Below are positions 27,919-41,137 of a stretch of 64,000 nt of DNA, in pieces (position 1 is the first letter of the stretch; each line of letters starts with the position of its first letter). A program made the translations under genes and the position numbers. Origin of the DNA: an uncultured Gammaproteobacteria bacterium (GTDB lineage Bacteria; Pseudomonadota; Gammaproteobacteria; DRLM01); the NCBI GenBank assembly GCA_963729605.1, contig CAVSNY010000003.1:32001-96000 (forward strand), given 5' to 3'. Below the pieces are notes generated by a model. It was not told the origin of the DNA. It did no database searches and saw nothing but the letters and a program-made list of their open reading frames with translations.

Positions 27919-29055
27919 ATGGTATTGACCATGCCCGACGACCATACGAAAAAACAGCCCGCTTCTTCTTCCACCGTGTCCAGCGCAAAACCGGCCGATC
28001 ACCCGGCGTTGGATTTGGCGGCCGCCTTGTTGCGCGCCTTCGGCCGTCATGCGATCGCCACCGAAAACATGACCGCCGGCCAACTCGACGAGTTATGCGA
28101 GCAATGGGCCCGCCATATCCTGATCGGCGCGCCGTCGCCGGGCGGCAATGGCACGAAGGCCGCGGCGCTTACCATCGACCAGCGTGACTGGGAGGGCGCA
28201 CGGCGTTTTTTCACCGACGTGCGGCGCGGTGAACAAGGTTTCGTCAACACCCGTATCGGCGATTTCCGCGATATGTTGTGGGTGTTCATCCACGGTTTGC
28301 GCGCGACCTTCGTCGATGATCAAGCCGCCGACAAGGCCGTGAACTCGCAACTCGATCACCTCAAACAGGCCTTGGAGACCAACTCCATCGACGCCTTGCG
28401 GCGGGAGGTGGTCGGCAGCTTGGTGCTGATCGGCCGCACCCTCGAGGAACGGCGCAAGCGCCAGAGCGCCCAGATGGAACAACTCGGCGAACAGCTCAAG
28501 TCGCTGCGCGGCGAATTGGTGTCCGCGCAACAAGCCATGGCCCTCGACCCGATGACCCGCCTCTATAACCGCAGCTCGTTCGACGAAATGTTGTCCAAGA
28601 CCGTGGAGATCAGTCTGCTGTCCGGCCAGGCGGCCGTGCTCCTCATGGCCGACGTCGACGATTTCAAAGGTATCAACGATAGTCATGGCCATCAGGCCGG
28701 TGACGCGGTGATCGGGGAAATGGCGCGGGTGTTGCTGCGGACCTTCCCTCGCAAGACCGACTTCGTCGCGCGTTATGCCGGCGATGAGTTTATCGTTATT
28801 CTCCAGGACACCTCCGCCGCCGAAGGCAAAATGCTGGCCGACCGTTTATTGAAGACGGTGCGCGCCGTGCGTATCACGTTGCCCTCTGCGGAGGAATTGA
28901 CCTTCACGATCTCGGCGGGAGTGGCCGCTATCAAACGGGATGACGCTCCGGAAGATTGGCTGCGGCGCGTCGATGAGGCGCTTTATACCGCCAAACAAGC
29001 CGGACGAAATCGCGCTCACTTGCGCGATGAAGCGGATGTTATTCCGCCGCCATGA
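27919..29055 (+). CDS. Soluble diguanylate cyclase (GGDEF) with helical/coiled-coil N-terminus
   Basis: DPMTRLYNR, DVDDFKGINDSHGH, RKTD I-site, RYAGDEF active-site variant, AKQAGRN. Confidence 0.88.
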   Translation: MVLTMPDDHTKKQPASSSTVSSAKPADHPALDLAAALLRAFGRHAIATENMTAGQLDELCEQWARHILIGAPSPGGNGTKAAALTIDQRDWEGARRFFTDVRRGEQGFVNTRIGDFRDMLWVFIHGLRATFVDDQAADKAVNSQLDHLKQALETNSIDALRREVVGSLVLIGRTLEERRKRQSAQMEQLGEQLKSLRGELVSAQQAMALDPMTRLYNRSSFDEMLSKTVEISLLSGQAAVLLMADVDDFKGINDSHGHQAGDAVIGEMARVLLRTFPRKTDFVARYAGDEFIVILQDTSAAEGKMLADRLLKTVRAVRITLPSAEELTFTISAGVAAIKRDDAPEDWLRRVDEALYTAKQAGRNRAHLRDEADVIPPP

Positions 29056-29143
29056 AAAATTTTCGGGCGGCCACCGGCGAGGGCGCCTTAAAAGGTCGAT
29101 ATTTTGTATAATCGCCTGCTTGCCTAGGCAATGGTCGTTTTTA

Positions 29144-29228
<85 letters not shown>

Positions 29229-29322
29229 GTTGCCGTGACGATGGTTAATGAGTTGATGCCGGCTCAGCGGAGTCTTTCGCAACTAGCTGAATTTACTAAT
29301 TTAGAGATGAGGGTTGAGGATC

Positions 29323-30582
29323 ATGCAGGTTCAGGTGCAAGCCAATGGGTTGGAGCGTCGGGTTACCGTGGCGCTGCCGGTGGAGCAGGTTAATAAAGAA
29401 ATCGAAAACCGTCTTAAGTCGTTGAGTCGCCGCGCTAAGCTGGATGGTTTCCGCGCCGGCAAGGTCCCCTTCAAGGTGGCTGAGCGCAAATGGGGCCTCT
29501 CGGTGCGTCAGGAAGTCCACAATGACCTGATCAAATCCAGCTTTAGCCAGGCCTTGAGCCAGGAAAAGCTCCGTCCGGCCGGCACGCCTCAGTTTGAATT
29601 GAGCAGCCAGATCCCAGGCGCCGGTTTGGAATATACCGCTACCTTCGAGGTGTATCCCGAGTTCGAGGTCAAGATACCGGACAATCTGCAGGTGACCAAG
29701 CCGGTTGCCGCCATCGCCGAAACCGACATCGACGCCATGGTGGAAAAGCTGCGTAAGCAGCGCGCGACCTGGGAGCCCGTGGAGCGGGCGGCCGAGCAGG
29801 GAGATCGGGTAGTCATCGATTTCGAAGGCCGGGTCGAGGGCAAGGAGTTTGAGGGCAACAAGGCCAGCGCCTTCCCGGTGGTGTTGGGTTCGGGCAGTTT
29901 GATCGCCGGTTTCGAAGCCAGCCTGGTGGGCGCCAAGGCGGGTGATCAAGTGGGGTTCGATGTTCAATTTCCCGCGGAGTACCGGGTCGCCGAACTGGCG
30001 GGCAAACCCGCCCATTTCGACACCAAGGTATTGTCCGTGAGCGCGGCCAAACTCCCGGAAGTAAACGAGGATTTCATCAAGAGTTTCGGCGTGCCGGATG
30101 GTGGGATCGACGCCTTTCGCGCCGAGGTCAAACGGACCATGGAACGCGAACTCGACCAGGCCATCAAGGAGCGAGTCAAGGGGCAGGTGTTGGACGCCTT
30201 GCTGGCGGCGAATACCATTGATTTGCCGAAGGCCTTGATTGATGAAGAAATCGCCCGCATGAAGGAACAAGCCGGCAATCAATCGGGCGACGCTATGAAG
30301 GCATTCGCCCGCCGCCGGGTGGCCCTGGGTTTGATCATCGCCGAGATCATCAGGAAGAATCAGTTCAAGGCCGACCCCGCCAAGGTGCGGGCGGTGGTGG
30401 AGTCGCAGGCGGCCACTTACGAGCGCCCCGAGGAAGTTGTACAGTGGTATTACGCGAGCCGGGAACGTTTGAGCAACGTAGAGGCCTTGTTGTTGGAGGA
30501 TCAAGCCGTGGAGTGGATGATCCAACAAGGCCAGGTGAATGAACAGCCGACGCCGTTCGCGGAGCTCGTGGGCAAGCAGTAG
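29323..30582 (+). CDS. tig: Trigger factor
   Basis: GFRAGKVP ribosome-binding motif, FEVYPE, FKBP domain (IDFEG...IAGFE...FPAEY). Confidence 0.95.
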   Translation: MQVQVQANGLERRVTVALPVEQVNKEIENRLKSLSRRAKLDGFRAGKVPFKVAERKWGLSVRQEVHNDLIKSSFSQALSQEKLRPAGTPQFELSSQIPGAGLEYTATFEVYPEFEVKIPDNLQVTKPVAAIAETDIDAMVEKLRKQRATWEPVERAAEQGDRVVIDFEGRVEGKEFEGNKASAFPVVLGSGSLIAGFEASLVGAKAGDQVGFDVQFPAEYRVAELAGKPAHFDTKVLSVSAAKLPEVNEDFIKSFGVPDGGIDAFRAEVKRTMERELDQAIKERVKGQVLDALLAANTIDLPKALIDEEIARMKEQAGNQSGDAMKAFARRRVALGLIIAEIIRKNQFKADPAKVRAVVESQAATYERPEEVVQWYYASRERLSNVEALLLEDQAVEWMIQQGQVNEQPTPFAELVGKQ

Positions 30583-30727
30583 GTGATGAACAGGGATCGC
30601 TCCCATTCAAGACGATATATTTGATCTAAAGATTATTTATTAAGTGATTGAAACTATAATCATGATGCTTGGCGAAGATGCGGAGCGAAATCACCTTTTG
30701 GATTATTAAACAGGGAAACCAGCCGAT

Positions 30728-31360
30728 ATGATGTACAACGGTGAAAAAATGCCCACCAGAGCGCTGAATCTGGTGCCCATGGTGGTGGAGCAGTCCGCCC
30801 GTGGCGAGCGGGCCTATGATATTTACTCGCGTTTGCTCAAAGAGCGGGTGATATTTCTGGTGGGGCCAGTGGAAGATTACATGGCCAATCTGGTGGTGGC
30901 CCAGTTGTTGTTTCTGGAGTCGGAGAATCCGGACAAGGACATCCACCTTTATATCAATTCACCGGGAGGTTCGGTGACGGCAGGTATGGCGATCTACGAC
31001 ACCATGCAATTCATCAAGCCCGACGTCAGCACCCTCTGTGTCGGCCAGGCGGCCAGCATGGGTGCGCTGTTGTTGGCCGGCGGTACCGTGGGCAAGCGTT
31101 ATTGTCTGCCCCATTCGCGGATAATGATCCACCAGCCTTTGGGTGGATTCCAAGGCCAAGCCTCGGACATCGACATCCATGCCCGCGAGATATTATTGAT
31201 TCGCGAACGTTTGAACCATATTTTAGCCAAGCATACTGGCCAGCCGCTCGAGAAGATCCGTTTGGATACCGACCGAGACAATTTCATGGGTTCTAAAGAG
31301 GCCAGCGATTATGGAATCATCGATGCCGTATTGGAATCCCGCAAGGAGTTGAAGGAATAG
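30728..31360 (+). CDS. clpP: ATP-dependent Clp protease proteolytic subunit
   Basis: [37 protein letters not shown]. Confidence 0.97.
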   Translation: MMYNGEKMPTRALNLVPMVVEQSARGERAYDIYSRLLKERVIFLVGPVEDYMANLVVAQLLFLESENPDKDIHLYINSPGGSVTAGMAIYDTMQFIKPDVSTLCVGQAASMGALLLAGGTVGKRYCLPHSRIMIHQPLGGFQGQASDIDIHAREILLIRERLNHILAKHTGQPLEKIRLDTDRDNFMGSKEASDYGIIDAVLESRKELKE

Positions 31361-31503
31361 CTGTCCGAAACCCGCCCGCTTCCACGCCATAGTGAAGTCT
31401 GACGGTGCGGGGCCGATGAAAGAAATGGGAAAAAACTTGCAGGCTGGAACTGAAAGCTGCATTCTGAGGGCAAAGGAACCGGTAGTACGTACGAGGTTAG
31501 TTT

Positions 31504-32790
31504 ATGAGCGACAGCAAACACGGTTCAGGCGAAGACGGTAAAAAATTGCTCTATTGTTCCTTCTGCGGCAAAAGCCAGCACGAAGTAAGAAAGCTTATTG
31601 CCGGCCCCTCGGTGTTTGTGTGTGATGAGTGCGTCGAGCTCTGCAACGACATCATCCGCGAGGAGATGCAGGACAAGACCGTGGCCGGCAAGGGCAGCAA
31701 GCTGCCGACGCCGCGCGAGATCAACGCGATCCTGGACGAATACGTCATTGGTCAGGCCAAGGCCAAGAAGATCCTCTCCGTCGCGGTTTACAACCACTAC
31801 AAGCGGCTCGAGTGCGATCCGGCCAAGGACGAGATCGAAGTCTCCAAGAGCAATATCCTGCTGATCGGCCCCACCGGCAGCGGTAAAACCCTGCTGGCGG
31901 AAACCTTGGCCCGTTTGCTCAACGTGCCTTTTACCATCGCCGATGCCACGACCCTCACCGAGGCCGGTTACGTCGGCGAGGACGTGGAGAACATCATCCA
32001 GAAGTTGTTGCAGAAGTGCGACTACGACGTGGAAAAGGCCCAGACCGGTATCGTCTACATCGACGAGATCGACAAGATTTCCCGCAAGTCGGAAAATCCG
32101 TCGATTACCCGCGATGTGTCGGGCGAAGGCGTGCAGCAGGCGTTATTGAAATTGATCGAAGGCACTATCGCCTCGGTGCCGCCGCAGGGCGGACGTAAAC
32201 ATCCCCAGCAGGAATTCCTGCAAGTAGATACCTCCAACATCCTGTTCATCTGCGGCGGCGCCTTCGCCGGCCTGGATAAAATCATTCGCTCGCGTTCCGA
32301 AAAAAGCGGCATCGGTTTCTCCGCCGAGATCAAGAGCGGTCAGGACCGCAAGGACGTCAACGAAGTCCTGCACAGCGTCGAACCCGAAGACCTGATCAAA
32401 TTCGGTTTGATCCCCGAATTCGTCGGCCGCTTGCCGATCATGGCCACTTTGGACGAACTGGATGAGGCGGCGTTGGTGCAGATACTCACCGAACCGAAGA
32501 ACGCATTGAGCAAACAATACGCGAAGCTCTTCGAGATGGAAGGCGTCGAATTGGAATTCCGCGACGAGGCCTTGCGCGCCATCGCCACCAAGGCCATGGT
32601 GCGCAAGACCGGCGCGCGCGGCCTGCGTTCCATCATGGAACATGTCTTGCTGGATATCATGTATGAATTGCCGTCGCTGGAAGGGGTATGCAAGGTGATC
32701 GTGGACGACAATGTCATACAAGGCGATTCCGAGCCTCTCATGATTTACGAAAATACCGAAAACCCGCGGCTCGCCCGGCAAACCGACTGA
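31504..32790 (+). CDS. clpX: ATP-dependent Clp protease ATP-binding subunit
   Basis: CSFC...CDEC zinc finger, [15 protein letters not shown] loop. Confidence 0.97.
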   Translation: MSDSKHGSGEDGKKLLYCSFCGKSQHEVRKLIAGPSVFVCDECVELCNDIIREEMQDKTVAGKGSKLPTPREINAILDEYVIGQAKAKKILSVAVYNHYKRLECDPAKDEIEVSKSNILLIGPTGSGKTLLAETLARLLNVPFTIADATTLTEAGYVGEDVENIIQKLLQKCDYDVEKAQTGIVYIDEIDKISRKSENPSITRDVSGEGVQQALLKLIEGTIASVPPQGGRKHPQQEFLQVDTSNILFICGGAFAGLDKIIRSRSEKSGIGFSAEIKSGQDRKDVNEVLHSVEPEDLIKFGLIPEFVGRLPIMATLDELDEAALVQILTEPKNALSKQYAKLFEMEGVELEFRDEALRAIATKAMVRKTGARGLRSIMEHVLLDIMYELPSLEGVCKVIVDDNVIQGDSEPLMIYENTENPRLARQTD

Positions 32791-32843
32791 TCGCACCGGC
32801 CTGGGCCTGGGGTTCCTGTAACGGTGTTTCGCGCCAGCTATCG

Positions 32844-32870
32844 CCGCTCCCCTCCAGGAGCGGTTTTTTT
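32844..32870 (+). terminator. Rho-independent terminator after clpX
   Basis: CCGCTCC-loop-GGAGCGG followed by T7. Confidence 0.8.
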
Positions 32871-32901
32871 GTGTCCCATCAAAAATTACCGCAATCACCA
32901 G

Positions 32902-32930
32902 CTTGAACTTCTCCGCGCACGGCCGCATCT
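32902..32930 (+). promoter_or_regulatory. Probable sigma32 (RpoH) promoter of lon
   Basis: CTTGAA, 15 bp, CCGCATCT (consensus CTTGAA...CCCCATNT); lon is an established RpoH target. Confidence 0.6.
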
Positions 32931-33114
32931 ATATGAAAGTCGTCTTTTCGGCATAAAGACTTCGCGGAGCACGGTCGATAGTCATGGTAGTGGAGCGTGG
33001 CAGTTAGGGACAGACAAGGGGCGGTATTGTGACTATCATTTCTTATAGGTTCGTGGCCTTGCTCGTCGCTGAGCAAGGTCGGTGCGGGCGTCATTCAAAG
33101 AGAGGTGTTCCATA

Positions 33115-35562
<2,448 letters not shown>

Positions 35563-35717
35563 CACGAGCAATAGAAGACCGCCGGACGCCGCCCAGCGGT
35601 CTTCTCGATATCGAGTATCTATCACACAAGCATATAAGCCGTGCGTTATACAATGGCCGCGGTGAATGTTTGTAATTAATTTGACGAAGAATTTTTCTGG
35701 TAAAACACGCCGTCGGC

Positions 35718-35746
35718 TTGACAGGTTAAGAGGCGGGATGTATAAA
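35718..35746 (+). promoter_or_regulatory. Sigma70 promoter of hupB
   Basis: TTGACA, 17 bp, TATAAA. Confidence 0.75.
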
Positions 35747-35838
35747 TTGCGCCTCTAGCGTAGCGGTGCCTTTTCAATGACGACGCGTGCTGTGCCAAGG
35801 CGCCAGCGTAGAATAATGCTAACGAGGAGAAATACAGG

Positions 35839-36111
35839 GTGAATAAATCCGAATTGATCGACGCGGTGGCGGAGTCGGCAGACATTTCAAAAGCGGCGGC
35901 CGGTCGTGCCGTGGATGCACTGGTAGACTCTATCACCAAGGCATTGCAGAACAACGATCAAGTCACCTTAGTGGGGTTTGGTACGTTCAGCGTGCGTCAG
36001 CGTGAAGCCCGCGCCGGGCGTAATCCCCAAACGGGTGAAACCATCAATATCAAGGCGGCCAAGATTCCCGCCTTCAAGGCTGGTAAAGGACTCAAGGACG
36101 CCGTACAATAG
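35839..36111 (+). CDS. hupB: DNA-binding protein HU
   Basis: [23 protein letters not shown]; follows lon. Confidence 0.95.
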   Translation: MNKSELIDAVAESADISKAAAGRAVDALVDSITKALQNNDQVTLVGFGTFSVRQREARAGRNPQTGETINIKAAKIPAFKAGKGLKDAVQ

Positions 36112-36141
36112 CGGCCCGCCCTTAGGGGTGGGTGGCAGCTG

Positions 36142-36217
36142 GGGTGCTTAGCTCAGCTGGTAGAGCGTCGCCTTTACACGGCGAATGTCGGGGGTTCGAT
36201 CCCCTCAGCACCCACCA
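36142..36217 (+). tRNA. tRNA-Val(TAC)
   Basis: Arm TCGCC-TT-TAC-AC-GGCGA, 3' CCA. Confidence 0.96.
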
Positions 36218-36234
36218 AAAAGTTTTACGATTTA

Positions 36235-36311
36235 GGAGTGGTAGTTCAGCTGGTTAGAATACCGGCCTGTCACGCCGGGGGTCGCGGGTTCAAGTCCCGT
36301 CCACTCCGCCA
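36235..36311 (+). tRNA. tRNA-Asp(GTC)
   Basis: Arm CCGGC-CT-GTC-AC-GCCGG, 3' CCA. Confidence 0.96.
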
Positions 36312-36323
36312 TATTGCAAAACT

Positions 36324-36360
36324 GAAAGGGCACACTCAACCAGTGTGCCCTTTCTCATTT
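36324..36360 (+). terminator. Terminator hairpin after tRNA-Asp
   Basis: 13-bp stem GAAAGGGCACACT / AGTGTGCCCTTTC with T-rich tail. Confidence 0.75.
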
Positions 36361-36452
36361 ATAGCGCACTGCGTATACAATAGCCGTCTTTGGGGTGGCG
36401 CGACGGGCTCGCGCGCACCGGACTCTCAACGACGAGGGAGAGCCTCTCGATC

Positions 36453-38363
36453 ATGCTTGAATTCATCCGTGAACGCGCTCAAGGCTGGGTGGCCTGGACC
36501 ATTGTCATATTTTTGATCGCTACCTTTGCGCTGTGGGGCATTCAGGAATACGTCAGTCCCGATCCCGCGGTCAATGTCGCGGTGGTGGACGGCAAGGAAA
36601 TTTCCGCTACGCAGTTTCAGCAGACCTATCAGCAGCAGCGCGCGCGTCTGCAGGCCATGCTGGGCGAGCATTTCAATCCGGCGATGTTGGACGAAAAGAG
36701 TATGAAGAACGACGTGCTCGACGGCATGATCGATCGCGAAGTACTGGTGCTCAATGCCGTGAAAAGCGGTATGCAAGTCGGCGATGTCCGGGTCGGCAGC
36801 TATATCCGCTCGATCCCCGAACTGCAAAACGCCGGACAATTCGACAAAGAGCTTTACAATAATCTGCTGCGTTCGCAGGGCTTGTCGGTAAAAAATTTCG
36901 AGCAGGCGGTCCGCGGTGATTTATTGTTGCAGCAGCTGCGACAGGGCGTGATGGATACCGCCTTCGTCACCCAGCCCGAGGTCGATGCCTTGATCCGTCT
37001 CCGCGAGCAGCGGCGCGAACTCGGCTATCTGATCGTGCCGGTCGCCCAATATCTGGCGGAGGCGCAGATCGATGAAGCGGCGATCAAACGTTATTACGAA
37101 GATAACCGCGAAAAATTCCGCACCCCCGAACAGGTGAGCGTCGATTATCTTGAATTGTCGGTGGCCAATCTGGCCGGCGGCGAGCAGATTACCGAAGAGG
37201 CCTTGCGCCAGCGTTATGAAGAACACAAGAGCGAGTTCTCGGTGCCCGAAGAGCGTCAGGCGCGGCATATCCTGATTCAAGTGGGCAGCGATGCGTCGCA
37301 GGCGCAAATCGACGCCGCGCGCACCAAGATTCAAGAAGTCTTGGCGCGGGCGCGCAAAGGCGAGTCCTTCGCCGAGTTGGCTCGTCATTATTCCGAAGAT
37401 CCCGGTTCCGCGCAAAACGGCGGCGACCTGGGCTTTTTCAGCCGCGGCGCGATGGACAAGGCCTTCGAAGACGCCAGTTTTTCCCTGGCCGAGGGTGAGG
37501 TGAGCGAGCCGGTGCGCAGCGCCTTCGGTTTCCACATCATCAAACTTGAAGACGTGCGCGGCGGCCAGTCCAAGCCTTTCGAAGAGGTGCGCTCGCAATT
37601 GGAGCGCGATCTCAAACGTCAACGCGCCGAAGAGCAATATTTCGCGCTAGCCGAGCAACTCTATAATCTGACCTTTGAGAATCCGGACAACCTGACCGTG
37701 GCGGCGGAGGCCTTGCGCCTGCCGATGCGCAGTACCGGCCTGTTCACCCGCGAACAGGGTTCGGGTATCGCCAGTCATCCCAAGGTGCGCGCCGCCGCCT
37801 TCGGCGATGACGTGTTGCTGCGCGGCAATAACAGCGAGGCCATCGAATTGGCCCCCGATCACGAGGTGGTATTGCGGATCAAGGAACACCAGCCCGAGGC
37901 GGTGCGGCCGCTGGAACAAGTGCGCGACGAGATAAGCCAGGCCTTGCGCGCCGAAGCCGCTAAGAAAAAAGCCGAAGAAGTCGGCCGCGCCTTGCTCAGT
38001 CGCATGGAAAAAGGCGAGGACGTGCTCGAGGTGGCCAAACAATTGAATCTCACCTGGGCGCGTCCCGGTCTGGTCGGACGTATGTCGGCGGAGATCAATC
38101 CGGAGATCACGGAAGAGGCATTCCGTCTGCAACGGCCGCTGCCCGGCAAACCGCTGTTCGGCGGCAAGTCGCTCTCGTCCGGTGATTTCGCGGTGCTGGC
38201 GGTTTATGAGGTCAAGGACGGCGATCCCACCGGGGTGGACGGCGGGTCAAGACAAAGCACGATCGAAACCCTGGTGCAGGGCAGGGCCGAGAGTGAGTTT
38301 CAGGGATATGTAGAAGCGCTCAAGGCCAAGACCGAGATCAAACGTTACCCCGATAAGATGTAA
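36453..38363 (+). CDS. ppiD: Periplasmic folding chaperone PpiD
   Basis: N-terminal TM, SurA-like domain, parvulin (ARHIL...SEDPGSAQNGGDLG...GFHIIK); conserved position after hupB. Confidence 0.92.
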   Translation: MLEFIRERAQGWVAWTIVIFLIATFALWGIQEYVSPDPAVNVAVVDGKEISATQFQQTYQQQRARLQAMLGEHFNPAMLDEKSMKNDVLDGMIDREVLVLNAVKSGMQVGDVRVGSYIRSIPELQNAGQFDKELYNNLLRSQGLSVKNFEQAVRGDLLLQQLRQGVMDTAFVTQPEVDALIRLREQRRELGYLIVPVAQYLAEAQIDEAAIKRYYEDNREKFRTPEQVSVDYLELSVANLAGGEQITEEALRQRYEEHKSEFSVPEERQARHILIQVGSDASQAQIDAARTKIQEVLARARKGESFAELARHYSEDPGSAQNGGDLGFFSRGAMDKAFEDASFSLAEGEVSEPVRSAFGFHIIKLEDVRGGQSKPFEEVRSQLERDLKRQRAEEQYFALAEQLYNLTFENPDNLTVAAEALRLPMRSTGLFTREQGSGIASHPKVRAAAFGDDVLLRGNNSEAIELAPDHEVVLRIKEHQPEAVRPLEQVRDEISQALRAEAAKKKAEEVGRALLSRMEKGEDVLEVAKQLNLTWARPGLVGRMSAEINPEITEEAFRLQRPLPGKPLFGGKSLSSGDFAVLAVYEVKDGDPTGVDGGSRQSTIETLVQGRAESEFQGYVEALKAKTEIKRYPDKM

Positions 38364-38546
38364 CGGCGCGGCGATCGTTGATCGGCGTTGTTTGCCGATG
38401 GGGTATCCGCGCTATTTCACCTTGAGATAGCTTCGAAAGAGCGAAGTCTGTTGTTTATTGGCACGCCATCGCTAATTTTCCCCCGGTGGGCGAAGATTAT
38501 TGATTCGAACCCGCACGGATAAACACGTGGATTGATGGCCGACGGG

Positions 38547-39761
38547 TTATACCGCGGCCGGCAAAAAACGCTGTACCACCGCCGCGCCGACCGCATCGCC
38601 CCAGACGTTGAGCGTGGTGCGGAAACGGTCGAGAAACCAGTCCACCGCCAGCAAGAGTCCGATGCCTTCCAGGGGCAGGCCCACCGCGTTCAGCACGATC
38701 ACCATGGTCACCAGGCCCGCTTCGGGGATACCCGCCGCGCCGATCGCCGCCAGCGTCGCGGTGATGAAGACGATGATTTGTTGCCCCGTGCTGAGTTCGA
38801 TGCCGTAGGCCTGGGCGATGAACAACGCCGCCGCCGCTTCATATAACGCGGTGCCGTTCATGTTGACCGTGCTGCCCAGGGGCACCACGAAACGCACCGC
38901 GCGTTCATCCACTTTATTTTCGCGCAGGCATTCCATGGTGAGGGGCAGGGTCGCGGAGGAGCTGGCGGTGCCGAAGGCGGTGAACAGGGCGCGCAGCATG
39001 GTGACCAGATAATCCATGCCGCGCCGGCCGATGAAAATCAAAATGGCCATCAACGCCACGAAATGGATCGCCAATCCGCTTAATACCGTGACCACGTGCA
39101 ACGCGACGCCCCTCAACTGGACCAGAAAGGCCTCGCCGCCGCCGGCCTGGCCGAGGCGGTCCGCCACCAGGGCGAAGATGCCGATGGGCGCGAAATACAT
39201 GATCCAGATGACGATCTTCATCAATGCGTCGTTGACGCCGTCGAAGAAGGCGATGACCTGTTGTCCTTTGGGCCCGATCATGGTCAGCGCGGCGGAAAAC
39301 AGGATGGCGAAGAGGATGATCGGCAGTAATTGCATGTCGGCGGCCGAGGCGATGAGGTTGGGCGAGACCATGGAGAGGGCGATGTCGCTGATCCCGGTGT
39401 CTTCCTTGCCTTGCACGCGCTCGGGAACGACCCCGCCCGAGAGTTGCATACCCGCGCCGGGCTGGATGAGGTTCACCATGATGAGGCCGATCAACACCGC
39501 GATGGCGGTGGTGCCGGCGAAATAAATCAAGGTGACGCCGCCAAGACGGCCCAGTTTGCGCACGTCCCCCAGCGAGGCGATGCCGCTGATCACCGCGGCC
39601 AGGATCAACGGCACGATGAGCATCTTGAGCGCGTTGAGAAACAAGGTGCCGAGCCAGGCGACGTTGGTCATGGCCGGGCCGAAGAACCAGCCGCATAAGC
39701 CGCCGCCGATCACGGCGACGACGATCAGTCCTAACAAGATGGCGGCGTGCTTGTGCGGCAT
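38547..39761 (-). CDS. Dicarboxylate/amino acid:cation symporter (DAACS, GltP-like)
   Basis: TASSSATLP, TVNMNGTALYE, GAAGIP, LDRFRTTLNVWGD. Confidence 0.9.
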   Translation of the reverse strand: MPHKHAAILLGLIVVAVIGGGLCGWFFGPAMTNVAWLGTLFLNALKMLIVPLILAAVISGIASLGDVRKLGRLGGVTLIYFAGTTAIAVLIGLIMVNLIQPGAGMQLSGGVVPERVQGKEDTGISDIALSMVSPNLIASAADMQLLPIILFAILFSAALTMIGPKGQQVIAFFDGVNDALMKIVIWIMYFAPIGIFALVADRLGQAGGGEAFLVQLRGVALHVVTVLSGLAIHFVALMAILIFIGRRGMDYLVTMLRALFTAFGTASSSATLPLTMECLRENKVDERAVRFVVPLGSTVNMNGTALYEAAAALFIAQAYGIELSTGQQIIVFITATLAAIGAAGIPEAGLVTMVIVLNAVGLPLEGIGLLLAVDWFLDRFRTTLNVWGDAVGAAVVQRFLPAAV

Positions 39762-39821
39762 GGCGGCCCTTTGCGATGTGGGGACGCGGCGGCATACCGC
39801 CGCGCGGAATGAAGCGGGAGC

Positions 39822-40604
39822 TTAAGAGATACTCATGCCGACGGTATTGTAGCCGCCGTCCACGTAGAGGATTTCGCCGCTGATGCCCGAGGCCAGATCG
39901 GAACACAAAAAGGCGCCGGCGTTGCCGACTTCCTCGATGGTGACGTTGCGGCGCAGCGGCGACTGATGGGCGACATGTTCGAGCATCTTGCGGAAATCGC
40001 TGATGCCGGCGGCGGCGAGGGTCTTGATCGGCCCGGCCGAGACGGCGTTGACCCGGATGCCTTCGGGCCCGAGGCTCTGCGCCATGTATCGCACGTTGGC
40101 CTCCAGGCTGGCCTTGGCGAGCCCCATCACATTGTAATTGGGCACGGCGCGTTCGGCGCCGAGATAACTCAAGGTGAGCAGGGCGCCGTTGCGGCCGGCC
40201 ATCAGCTTGCGCCCGGCCTTGGCGAGAGCGGTGAAACTGTAGGAGCTGATCTCGTGCGCGGTGATGAAACCCTGGCGGGTGGTGCTGTCCACATAATCGC
40301 CTTCCAACTCCTCGCGCGGCGCGTAGGCCGCCGAATGGACGATGACGTCGAGATGGTCCCAGCGCTCCTGGAGTCGTTCGAACACGTTTTCGATCTGCTG
40401 GTCATCCGCCAGATCGCAGGGCAGGACGATCTGGGAGTGGCATTCCGCCGCGGCGTTTTCCACCCGCGACAGCAGCTTTTCGTTTTGATAGGTGAAGGCC
40501 AGCTCGGCGCCTTCACGGTGCATGGCCTGGGCGATGCCCCAGGCGATGGAGCGGTTGCTGGCGACGCCGACGATCAGCGCGCGTTTGCCTTGTAGAAATC
40601 CCAT
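39822..40604 (-). CDS. fabI: Enoyl-ACP reductase
   Basis: [34 protein letters not shown]. Confidence 0.96.
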   Translation of the reverse strand: MGFLQGKRALIVGVASNRSIAWGIAQAMHREGAELAFTYQNEKLLSRVENAAAECHSQIVLPCDLADDQQIENVFERLQERWDHLDVIVHSAAYAPREELEGDYVDSTTRQGFITAHEISSYSFTALAKAGRKLMAGRNGALLTLSYLGAERAVPNYNVMGLAKASLEANVRYMAQSLGPEGIRVNAVSAGPIKTLAAAGISDFRKMLEHVAHQSPLRRNVTIEEVGNAGAFLCSDLASGISGEILYVDGGYNTVGMSIS

Positions 40605-40758
40605 ACGTCCATCCTTTGTCATTATCGATGTATTCGCGCCAGCAGATTAACACAAGCTCCGCGGGGCATGAAGTCGTTCACCGCTGGCGGAAGAATCCGT
40701 CCTGAGCAGAGCCGCTGCACGAGAGTGCGGGCTGTCCGGTGCCCGCGGTGAACGGAAT

Positions 40759-40797
40759 GCCCCTCTCCCCGGGCGGGAGAGGGGCAAGGGGAGAGAG
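40759..40797. repeat. CCCTCTCCC/GGGAGAGGG palindromic repeat, copy 2
   Basis: GCCCCTCTCCC-CGGGC-GGGAGAGGGGC followed by AAGGGGAGAG. Confidence 0.75.
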
Positions 40798-41137
40798 ATA
40801 TTTTAAATCCCTGTAGTGAGCCGCGGGGCCAAGGCAATGTGCGGTGATTAAGTACAGGGCGCCTTCCCGTGCACCGTCGGAGCAAGCGAATCAAACGCAG
40901 CCCCGATTCGTGAAGCGTAATCCTATTGCAACGGTATGCATGCACGGTTTGCTATCACACTTTATGCCGGTAGATAAAACAAAGGCTTATTGCTAGAATG
41001 AAACGCGCTGCGTGAGGGAGAGGTCACCCGCGGCTCCCAGTTCGACACGCCATGAGGCTCGGCTACGAACTGTTTTACAGCGGTGTGCGCATCGAGACAA
41101 GGTACGCTAGGCCCATCACTTTATTTGGACATAAATA

